From: Stramenopiles sp. TOSAG23-6 | Lineage: Eukaryota | Reading direction: 5' to 3' | NCBI GenBank assembly: GCA_900128565.1 | Contig: LT635913.1 | Location: 1 to 64,000 of the forward strand | DNA length: 64,000 nt | Made by a program: the position numbers and the translations under genes | Notes under the pieces: model-generated | What the model was told of the DNA's origin: nothing | What the model saw: the letters and a program-made list of their open reading frames with translations, nothing else | The model's database searches: none | Shown: in pieces, positions 55,079 to 64,000 of the stretch | How the letters are laid out: each line of letters opens with the position of its first letter | How positions within the stretch are numbered: the first letter of the stretch is position 1

Positions 55079-57145
55079 TTATAAATTAATAGTCGTCAAC
55101 TCTGTGCCGTCATCGTCCATATCACACTGCGGTTCATCCATATTTCCATGAAGTCTGACATGAACATCATCAGTGTATAATATTTCCGAGTTTGGCATTT
55201 TATCCGAACTCTCTAAGGAATCACTTGGTCGGCCTAAAGGTACTAAATATGGAATGAGAAGTATTGGAAGTAATCTTGTTAAACTGCGGGTCAAAACAAG
55301 CAACTCAATATTATGAAATTCAGGAGCACGAACACCTCCAAAGACTTCCAATAGCCCAACTCCAACATATCCTCCAATGACAGAACCAAAATTTGAAAGG
55401 CCCATTGTCATTGCAAAAAGTGTTGCCTCCATTTTTGGTGGGCATAATTTTGCTGCTAGAATAAAAACTGGCATTGTATTAAATCGACTTATTAAAGGGG
55501 ATATAACTTCTTCGCCTAGCATGAAAGCTTTATCTGATATTCCAAGACTTTTGTTCCAACGTTGAACCCAAATAAGATCCATGTATTGTGAAAAAAAAAT
55601 GTTTTAGTATAAAAAATCCATAGGTACGAAATTTCATACCAACAAGAAAAAACAATTAAATTCATTTTTCAAAACGTACATGAGATTGACAAATACAAGT
55701 GCCAGTTGAGTCATTGCAAAGATTTTTCTGTATGGCCATGAACTAAAATATCTATTGTATAACGCCGTCCCAATGACAAAAAAAATATTTCCTAGAACGC
55801 CAAACCAGGAGTGAATAATGTGAAAAAATATTTTTTTTGTCAAGAAAAATGTTAGGTACAAAATTTTTATGGTAAAAAATGAATGAAAATTCAATTTTGA
55901 AACCATACATAATTTAGGTGAAAAACAGGGACGTTCTCCATAGACCCCATTACAATTTTCTGGGGTTTCTTTTGACCAGTAGTAGATAACTTCTGAATAT
56001 GGTTGCATTGCTCCTTGTAAGAAGATATAAATTGTTACTTGAGCTAATACAGGATTGATTTTAGATTCATAGTAATGTATAACGTAGCAAACAACTACAG
56101 CAATGAGTATACTAAATATACATATTACTGAATTATCAGATACAATAGAAGCAAAACCACCCTTTTCTGAAGAACATATTTTGTATAGTTTGATATTTGT
56201 TAGGTACAGAATTTGGTATAAAATTTAGGTAAAACATTCATGATGAAAACATACCATTGTCAAAGATATAGCACAAACAAATAAAGCCATTTTGATCATC
56301 ACGCCTTGTTTACCATTATTAATTGCATCTTTTAAAGGTTGAATATTTGAACATTTTCTATACGGAGGTTTGTCACGCTCTTCGGGTAGCCATCTTCGCC
56401 AAGCAGGAACCAGTACGGCTAGTGCTGGTATAACACATAAACCGAGAAGGACACGGCTACCAAACCATTCATAAAGAATTCCAGAAGAACAACCAGCAAA
56501 AATTTGACCAATTCCTAAAGACCCCCAGCATAACGTCTGCAAATCAGCGGCATATTTTGGGCGTTCACGACATCTTTTAGCGACAGATGCATCGATCATT
56601 ACATCAGGGGATGCGATGGAGTAATTAAACATAATCAATAATATTGTAACTATTGCAATGCCCAACCCAGGAGAAAAGGCAAATGATAGAGTTGAAAATA
56701 CTCCTGAAAATCCAGCTATACCAATATATGGAGACAGGTGAAGTCCTGAAATTGGAAGTGTATCACTCAATACACCATACATAGATTTAAGTTGCCATGG
56801 AATGTTCCCCACTCCTGACACAACCTGCATTCTATCGGAAGATAGTCCAAGCCCTTTGTGCATTGTTGATTCCGTATCAGAGAGCAGATACCGCATTGCG
56901 AAGAATCCCCAACCTTCACCAATTCCTTGGTTCACACCATACACAGCAACGACAGAAAGCACAAAATATAGACCGAATGTTCTCGTTAACCGGGAAAAAT
57001 ATTTGGCCAGCGTACAAGGAAAAAACATTACATAGTCCACGAATTCTGGATTAACAGGAAGTGTATGAAAGTCACGTATACTTGAATCCATACTTTGGTC
57101 TAAATCAAGGCTATCATCTGTCAATGGATCAAACTTTTGGTCCAT
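55079..57145 (-). CDS. BT1 folate-biopterin transporter; 4 exons (57145-56255, 56161-55909, 55812-55680, 55580-55079), 592 aa
   Basis: PWQLKSMYGVLSDTLPI, DVMIDA, ADLQTLCW, D.IWVQRWN..LGISD, AKLCPPKMEATLFA..MGLSN; exon phases add up. Confidence 0.9.
55581..55679 (-). other. Intron, family copy D, GT...AT, 99 nt
   Basis: CTC AT|GTACGT...GGTATGAAATTTCGTACC...TTTTTCACAATACAT|G GAT gives VNLMDLIWVQRWN. Confidence 0.85.
55813..55908 (-). other. Intron, family copy E, GT...TC (best guess), 96 nt, stop-free
   Basis: TTA T|GTATGG...TGTACCTAAC...AAATATTTTTTCACATTATTC|AC TCC TGG gives FSPKLYSWFG; no AG near the end. Confidence 0.65.
56162..56254 (-). other. Intron, family copy F, GT-AG, 93 nt
   Basis: ATG|GTATGT...CTGTACCTAAC...TTCAGAAAAG|GGT. 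Confidence 0.88.
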
Positions 57146-57419
57146 TGAGTGTGCTGTATTGGCAGAGTTGATATAATTATAACTTAGGCATTTGAATGAT
57201 ATTAACAAGTCATAAAAAATAAAATTGACAGCATGCGCAAAAAAGTAATTATTCGTGTTTTTTTTTTCTGTTAGGACTTCGACTTGACTACTTCGGTCAA
57301 AGGTATTATATATTACCCAGCTAGGGTTATAGTGTCTCTCGAATTCTTGCTCTAAACACACTTCTCTTCACACACTTCTATACCTGTCGAAAAAATATTT
57401 ATCTTAATCTTTTTATATA

Positions 57420-58226
57420 ATGGGCAAACGTGACGAAAATTCTCTCACTAGTACGAAAGACTCGTCAAGCATGGAAGATTCTAATGGTCGTGCATTGAAG
57501 AAACAAAAGATGAGCAAAAGCGATGCGCCGCCCATCAAGGTAAAGGTCGATGCTCCTACGGCTTCACCTGGAATAGTGTCTTCGACGGTAAATACGGCAA
57601 CCCCCCCAATAACGCCCTCTAAAGTTACAGATGAGAACAATGAAGACAAAAACAAAGTAAATACAAATATAGATTCAACCAAACCTTCAACTGTATTATC
57701 CGAATCACAGTGTAAACTTGCGCAGTTCCAGGGTTGGTGGAAACTCGACGTTCAAGCGTCCGAAACTATGAAACCATACCTGGAAACGCTTGGTTTGAGC
57801 GCTACGGCTGTCAAAGCCGCATTAAAAACAGAAACAGAATTCCCATCATTTATTCAATTTAAAGTAACGCCGAAAGAAGTTACTATCAAGCGGAAGTCCA
57901 GACTAAGTAGGCCATCGGATGAAAAAGTAGGTATAAATTATAAGTTGGGTATGACAACCTCTTCAGAAACAAAATACGGACAAGTGATTTCAAATGCTAC
58001 AATTCTTAAAGGTGGTATTCTAAATGTATCTGAAACTAGAAAAGTAAATGGCGAAAAAATTAAATTAAGTAGTCAACGAAAGCTTTTGGAGACAAAAGGA
58101 AATACTTTTAACGTAATTGAACAAATAATTACACTTCATCATATCGGTAATAAAGTGACTGTTACTACAAAGAGAATTTGGCGTAGGCAAAGGAGAGACT
58201 CATCGAATATATTTGTCGCGAGTTAA
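57420..58226 (+). CDS. Hypothetical protein with a C-terminal lipocalin/FABP-like beta-barrel
   Basis: FQGWWKLD..SETMKPYLETLGL resembles the FABP N-terminal GxW motif, followed by beta-rich sequence. Confidence 0.6.
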   Translation: MGKRDENSLTSTKDSSSMEDSNGRALKKQKMSKSDAPPIKVKVDAPTASPGIVSSTVNTATPPITPSKVTDENNEDKNKVNTNIDSTKPSTVLSESQCKLAQFQGWWKLDVQASETMKPYLETLGLSATAVKAALKTETEFPSFIQFKVTPKEVTIKRKSRLSRPSDEKVGINYKLGMTTSSETKYGQVISNATILKGGILNVSETRKVNGEKIKLSSQRKLLETKGNTFNVIEQIITLHHIGNKVTVTTKRIWRRQRRDSSNIFVAS

Positions 58227-58353
58227 AATGTATCAATAGTTAGTATGTGGAGAAATTCCTTAAATATTTATTTAGTACTTTTATATAATTTACTACTAAA
58301 ATATAAATGAAAAAACATTTTTTTTTTACTTTTCATAGTTTTCAAAAGTTGTG

Positions 58354-59802
58354 TCATTTCATATCCGTTAGTATTCTATTTATATAATTCATCATTTTCC
58401 GAAGACTTCTGCGACTGGATTTTTTTCGCGGTTCAAGGTTATCTTCCAACTCATTTTTGATGAATTTTAGTTTTTTATTTAACCAATCTGTAGACGCACC
58501 ACGCCATTCCGAATGAGAAGAACAGTATAACAATAAACCTGAGTTTTTGTTATTTTTATAATTTTTCATGGTAGAGACAGTAGACGTTGACGCAGCTGCA
58601 TTCAAACAACCATTACAAAGTAAAACTAATGACCGACATAACTCACAACGACCTGTGTGTCTATCATAAGTTTCATTGGGAAACGCACAATATTCACATT
58701 TTCCAATTATAGTGGGTTTCTTCTGGATCTGTTGATGCCTTTTTCTCTTTTTTGTGGTATCAGATGAAATATTATCTACACAATCGTTTGATACTGGACG
58801 TGCAATACCACGCCCATCAAATGTGAAATTACTGCCGCGGAAAAGACCATGTTGCCATATTTCTTTTTCTTCGACACTTTCATCTTTTTCGTTGCATTCA
58901 TGTTGACAATTTTCTATTTTTTTTTGATTTTTTGTTTTTTTCTCACAGATTTTTTTATCCGTACCATTACCTTTTACACGATTACATGCGAATGATTCTA
59001 AATATCGATGAATTCCACCCTTAAGCTGAAACACATCTTCTACGCCGTGTCTTTTCATAAGAGCAGAGGCTGTCTCACAACGGATGCCACCTGTACAATA
59101 CATTGCTACTCTTTTATTCTTCAAGTTTAATTTAGAAGCATTTTCATCTAACCATTGAGGAAATGCAGCAAAATTTCGCGTGTTTGGTAAAATTACTTCT
59201 GCGCCTTTTGCCTTTGCGGTGTCCCCAACAGAAAAGTTACCTATACGCCATTCGTATGGATTTCTACAATCTATTACACATAATGGTTTTTTACTTGAAT
59301 TTGTGCCAAAATTCGTATCTAATGGTTGATGAAGATTTGTTTCATTAGAAAATTTGAAATCTCCTGTATCTAATAGAGAATGCCACTCTTGAGGGGACAA
59401 ATGAATACCGGCAGTGTTACTTTTCAAATCAATAGGGGTTTGCATTCCGAGAGAGCATATTTCTTTGACAACTCGACATCGTAACTTTTTACCCTCAAAA
59501 TGCACTGAAGCATCAGGTCCATCACTTTCACTGAGTTTCCAATCAATATTAGTTGATTCAAATAAGGACATATCTTCTGTTTGTCTCATGTACTCATATA
59601 TATTCGCTGAAGTTCCACCAACTGTACCATTTATACCCCGACGACTAATCCGAATACGCCCAGCTAAAGATAGTTTTGCACACAAAGCTGTCTGAGCTGA
59701 AGCAACTGCGGCAGGATCATTCACTTCCGTGTATAAATAATATAAACAAACTAGTCCATTTTTAATAGATTCATTTGTAATGTTCGAACAAGAACCTGTC
59801 AT
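58354..59802 (-). CDS. TSTD2/TrhO (UPF0176) rhodanese-domain protein
   Basis: LYYLY, LAGRIRISRRGINGTVGG, IDCRNPYEWRIGNF, MYCTGGIRCE, QLKGGIHRYL, FTFDGR. Confidence 0.9.
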   Translation of the reverse strand: MTGSCSNITNESIKNGLVCLYYLYTEVNDPAAVASAQTALCAKLSLAGRIRISRRGINGTVGGTSANIYEYMRQTEDMSLFESTNIDWKLSESDGPDASVHFEGKKLRCRVVKEICSLGMQTPIDLKSNTAGIHLSPQEWHSLLDTGDFKFSNETNLHQPLDTNFGTNSSKKPLCVIDCRNPYEWRIGNFSVGDTAKAKGAEVILPNTRNFAAFPQWLDENASKLNLKNKRVAMYCTGGIRCETASALMKRHGVEDVFQLKGGIHRYLESFACNRVKGNGTDKKICEKKTKNQKKIENCQHECNEKDESVEEKEIWQHGLFRGSNFTFDGRGIARPVSNDCVDNISSDTTKKRKRHQQIQKKPTIIGKCEYCAFPNETYDRHTGRCELCRSLVLLCNGCLNAAASTSTVSTMKNYKNNKNSGLLLYCSSHSEWRGASTDWLNKKLKFIKNELEDNLEPRKKSSRRSLRKMMNYINRILTDMK

Positions 59803-60164
59803 TACTAAAACTAATACGTAATAATTTAATAAAGTCCAAAGCTGCTTGCGTGTGAAAAATCTTCTTGATTGACTTGTCGTGCTGAATTCTTCTTCAGATG
59901 GCCTTCAGATGATTTGATTTTGATTTATTTCGTGTGTGTCAATAAAACGGTTAAATAACGGCTGGACAGTAGTATATATTATTGGCTACAGGGTACCCCT
60001 ACACTACTGCTGTAGTACACGTAGGCACCGCATTACTTCTACTACTGATACAAGAACTATTACAAAACGCACATTAAATTTACAATATATCTCTAGCTAA
60101 AACGCCCATATAGCATTAGATTGAGATTATTTTGCAGAAACTTTACGTTTGATATTTTACATAA

Positions 60165-60719
60165 ATGTCAAAGTTTGGGTCACACACGAAAAACGCATTT
60201 CCTTTAGATACACCGTCTGTATTCTATGTCGTTGGTGCTACATCACACGATCCTCTACATCCTCCGGAATATGCCATGACAATGATACCAAATAATATAG
60301 GTACAAAGTCATCAGTATCAAAACAGAATACTATGAAAAAACAATCTCAAACAAGTGGGAAATTCTGGTCAACTACTGGTGGCTTTCCACAGGAAATTAT
60401 CTTAGAGACTGAGGAGTTATGCAAAGTGCACTCATTGAAACTTGCCACAACAGGTGCTGCTTACTTAACTATACGGTTATATCCTGAATCTCATAATTGT
60501 AATGAGGTAGCGATGAGTGTTGTCACTCTTGAGAAATCAGAGCCCTTCAATGTCGGATTCCCTCGTCTACAACGTAAAATAGTTCACTTTTCAGACCAAC
60601 CACCTTGCCGTAGAATTAAAATAGTAATAGAAAAAGTATACAATCAATTTGCGACATTGAGTGATGTACACGTAAATAGTTCACCAATTGAAAGTATAGA
60701 AGAAACAGGAGTAAAATAA
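60165..60719 (+). CDS. IFT25: Intraflagellar transport protein 25 (HSPB11)
   Basis: ATSHDPLHPPE, FWSTTGGFPQEIIL, LQRKI, IKIVIEKVYNQFATL. Confidence 0.8.
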   Translation: MSKFGSHTKNAFPLDTPSVFYVVGATSHDPLHPPEYAMTMIPNNIGTKSSVSKQNTMKKQSQTSGKFWSTTGGFPQEIILETEELCKVHSLKLATTGAAYLTIRLYPESHNCNEVAMSVVTLEKSEPFNVGFPRLQRKIVHFSDQPPCRRIKIVIEKVYNQFATLSDVHVNSSPIESIEETGVK

Positions 60720-60873
60720 TAAAAGGAACTATCTTTTTTAATCATATTCTACTTTTTCACTTGTAATAGCCCTAAATTCACAATAAAAACACTTATTCAG
60801 TAAAATAGCACAGTTTTTCCGATGCTTGAAGTGTTTCGTATTACTACCACACACGCTTGTTACTCCGTTGTAC

Positions 60874-63800
60874 TTACCAAGTTGCTTCACTTGGGTATTT
60901 TCTGTTATTCGTCACTATATTTTGCCTCGCGGATTCCATGATGTTAAGCTGTTGTTTTTCCAGAGTTATCTTGCGAATCCGAGCAGCTGCTGTACTGCCA
61001 TCCCTATTTTGTTTCATTCCGCATATAGAACAACCTTTACTAGGTAAAATATGGGAAGGATTAATAAAGGTACATGTATTTTGGAAAAATATTTCAAAAA
61101 CAAAAAACTTGTTAGGTACAAAATTTCGTACGAAAAATAAATTCTAAAAAAAAATAAAACATACATGTGTTACATTTCCATGGTGCATTTTGTTTTTCTG
61201 TATTATCACTATGCCAAACACTTGTTGCGCTTTTCTTCTTCGGTATACTTTTCCATGATTTTATGGAGATGTTGGAAAGATTTGCATTATTTTCATCATT
61301 TAGATGACTTTGATATTGAAAATTCGAGGTTTGAAAATGTTCACTACTTCTGATATAATTTTCCATCATAGACGATTTTTCATTAGCTTGTATTGTAGAG
61401 GGATGACGACTATTATTAGAATTGAACGTATTCATGCCAGATGATTCGAAATTATTACTTGTTTTTTTTTGGATCGAATGACGCGGGAAACTGCACAATT
61501 CACATTTTGTTGCATCACGATTAAAATTCTCATATGTACACATTTTACAAACCCAATCGGAGGAGGTAGAAGAAAAGGAAACCATGGAGTTACATCTCCC
61601 ATCAATTATATCTAATTCTGAATCATCATCGCGTGTATACGCTGCTTGTACTTGCTGTAATTGTTCTTCTGCGGCCGCCGCTAATGCTTTCAATTTTCTT
61701 GTTTCATCGTCAGCTTTCTTTGCGGCTATGCGATTTTCATATTCAATGCGTTCTTGTTCAATACGACGTTCTTGTTCAATACGACGTTCTTGTTCAATAC
61801 GACGTTCTTCTTCAATGCGACGTTCTTCTTCAATACGACGTTCTTCTTCAATACGACGTTCNAGTTCAAGACGCTCTTGTTCAATACGTTGTTCAATACG
61901 TTGTTGTTCAAGACGTTTCTGTTCAATATTCTGAGATAACACAAAGTCCAAAGTCTCGTTTGCAACATCTGCACATTCGCGACAAGCTGCATTAGCACAA
62001 ATAACAGCAGTATAAGCAGCAGATGCCGCGTTGACACAAAAGGTCTCATTATCAAGAGAATTTGTATTATCAAACTCATTAGCAGCATTGATCATTTGCA
62101 GAGTTCCATTTTTAAATTGGTAAGATTTTGAAGGAGTAATCATCAAAGAATTATTGGCATCATTTACTGCAGCATATTGATCATCATGAAAAGTATTGAT
62201 TACTTCATTCTGTTTAAATATATTTGTATCATCTTTCAATTCTTGTTTCGATCCTTCCAGTGAAACTGTAGCTTTATCTTGTGGTTGTCTTGTAATAATA
62301 TTTGATTCAACGGCTGTTGATTTCCATACATTTTTACTATATGTAGCAGCCTTCGGCAAAGTAGTTGCTTTCTTTCTCCATGAATCTATTTCTGATCGTC
62401 CTACGGTTTGTTCTATAGGGTTTCTTGGAAAGTATGTATTGTGAAAAAATATTTCAAAAAAAAATGTTAGGTATAAAATTTCGTACCAAAAAAAAACTAG
62501 ATTTGAAATTCATGATGGAAATGTACATAGCGGTTTAGAAATTCTTGCAGTTGTACTAGAATGTTTCTCTCGTTGGCTAGGACGTTTGGAAGATATAGGT
62601 GGATAATTTACATTGTTGACTCCATTCGTGTATTTCGTGTATTTTTTTTTTGTTGTTGATGTTGTACTGATTGAAGTTGTTGACGATGAGGCAGAGTTTA
62701 TATCGTTCACTTTCGCTCGAGGGACCAAATTTGATTGAGATACAGTATTAGAAGTTGCTGATGTCACAGGTACATCTGGATTCCTTTGAAGAATTTCACA
62801 CACCATTTCAATAGCACGAATGCATGTATTGTGAAAAATATTTTTTTTTAGTTACAAAAATCGTTAGGTACAAAATTTGGTACGAAAACAAAAATCAGGT
62901 AGAAAAGGGATGATGGAAATGTACATGCATTAGATGATGGTCCTTTGACAACAAGTTCATTAAGACCTTTGTACATTGGTTTTGATGACTCTTGTACAGC
63001 TAGAGAAGTACCTGCATTGTAAAAAAAATAGAAATTAGAAATTCGTTAGGTACAAAATTTTCTAGTAAAAAAAATTAAATCTAAAATTCATAATTAAAGA
63101 GTACCAGTCTCTCGCATAATACGTTTGATGTTGCAACCTGAGGTACCTATTACAGTACCACGCTCTCTTGCAGTAAGTGAATGAAATGGTATGTAGGAAG
63201 CAAACCTTTGCAAAAATTCTGTGGCTTTTGTATGAGCGGCTTGAACTGCCGTGTCTGTACCCGTTATTGTAGCGATGAAAGTTTTCCGGTCAATTGAATA
63301 AGTTGCACCTGTTTCATCTTGAATTCGTTGTATTGTCGCACCTCCAGGACCAATGAATTTAAGCATTTTTTCAAGTGAGCCAAATTCAAACGTTTTCTGT
63401 GAAGATGACATTGGGCGGGGTTTCTTTTGAGATTGTGAGTTTCGTTTGACTGGAGCAACAACAGTTTTTAATGGTACCTTACGAGCTCGTGTGTATGAAG
63501 GAAGGACTCCACTCTTCCCCCAGGCACTCCGCACTATTCTAGGCTTAGGATGAGATTGATTTGACAAGCCACCATCATCTATATTTGATGTTGTGATGGA
63601 TTTGACTGAATCGATGTTAGATCTACAATAAGGACAACTAGCTGCCTGTTTCTTTGCTAGAAAGGTCTGACGCCAGCTAGATAAACACCCATCGCAGAAT
63701 TGATGACGGCACGGTCCTATTTCCACATCAACCAGATTAACCGTACAAACAATACATATGCCTTCAGAATCACTCTCCATACAACTGTTAATTTTATCAT

Positions 63801-63933
63801 CATCCAGATATGGCTTTATTGCAGAAGAATTGAACTGAGGTGGTAAGTGATTATTGTCAGATATGCCTTCAACTTCAAGATTCATAGATGTGAACTTTCG
63901 TCTGAAAGACAAAGGCTCAGAAAAAGTGCTCAT
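60874..63933 (-). CDS. RING + 2xKH + coiled-coil + 2x RanBP2 zinc-finger protein; 5 exons (63933-63105, 63011-62925, 62823-62527, 62433-61165, 61073-60874), 893 aa
   Basis: CIVC..PCRHQFCDGC..CPYCR RING; IGPGG and IGTSG KH loops; splicing completes KH2 and WKCNT|CTFIN..CSIC; all four introns phase 1. Confidence 0.88.
61074..61164 (-). other. Intron, family copy G, GT...AT, 91 nt
   Basis: ACA T|GTATGT...CGTACGAAATTTTGTACCTAAC...TTTTTCCAAAATACAT|GT ACC restores a RanBP2 finger. Confidence 0.88.
61750..61930 (-). repeat. 18-bp coding repeat (RRIE[E/Q]E)n, charged single-alpha-helix/coiled coil
   Basis: ttcaatacgacgttcttc/g repeated; contains one N at 61862. Confidence 0.9.
62434..62526 (-). other. 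Intron, family copy H, GT...AT, 93 nt
   Basis: CTA T|GTACAT...TATACCTAAC...TTTTTTCACAATACAT|AC TTT; contains an in-frame TGA so it must be removed. Confidence 0.8.
62824..62924 (-). other. Intron, family copy I, GT...AT, 101 nt
   Basis: GCA T|GTACAT...CGTACCAAATTTTGTACCTAAC...TTTTTCACAATACAT|GC ATT gives KGPSSNACIRAIEMV (KH last helix). Confidence 0.87.
63012..63104 (-). other. Intron, family copy J, GT-AG, 93 nt
   Basis: ACT G|GTACTC...TTGTACCTAAC...TTTTACAATGCAG|GT ACT gives IMRETGTSLAV. Confidence 0.9.
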
Positions 63934-64000
63934 GATCTTTTGAATACGCTAAGGTAATGTTGTATGTTTTCTTTGTGATGGAAATAAATCAATTTAATGA

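Noticed and set aside
40050-63104. Non-AG introns as U12-type (minor spliceosome, AT-AC) introns
   Set aside because: No RTATCCTT donor; the branch-like motif is CTAAC 32-39 nt from the end rather than CCTTAAC close to it; the katG junction cannot be written AT-AC; its TCCTTAAT is near the 5' end.
55079-63933. Broken ORFs as pseudogenes or assembly frameshifts
   Set aside because: Breaks coincide with discrete 90-100 nt AT-rich inserts starting with GT, and their removal restores frame and motifs with no other lesions.
1-64000. Autonomous transposase/reverse transcriptase, tRNA, rRNA or snRNA genes
   Set aside because: None recognised by eye; the enzyme that would mobilise the intron family is not evident in this window. 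Small RNAs could have been missed without covariance searches.

Overview
AT-rich, very gene-dense eukaryotic DNA with about 37 protein-coding genes and short intergenic spacers. The organism is probably a flagellated protist: it has IFT25, HCCS, PRORP, a MYST HAT, CK2-beta and a Sec-GPx with a eukaryotic SECIS. A stramenopile-like identity is plausible but cannot be proven here. Most genes are intronless. The main discovery is an unusual intron system. Ten complete introns can be inferred from conserved protein motifs, plus one cut by the window edge, and the complete ones are all 89-101 nt. All start with GT, but only four end in AG. Five end in AT and one apparently in TC, and the nearest alternative AG acceptors delete conserved residues, shift the frame or create stops. 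The katG intron (FAPLNS-W-PDN junction) is the cleanest GT...AT case. Nine of these introns belong to one repeated sequence family (GTAYG/A..., GTAC-N8-GTACCTAAC core, ...AAATATTTTTCACAATACAT). The family has inverted-repeat ends and an exon-side AT microhomology, so it looks like an introner-type mobile element that creates non-canonical introns. Also found: a selenoprotein glutathione peroxidase missed by the ORF track (in-frame TGA plus type-II SECIS), and a recurrent palindromic promoter motif TACCNGGTA. All splicing claims are inferred from DNA alone and need RNA evidence.
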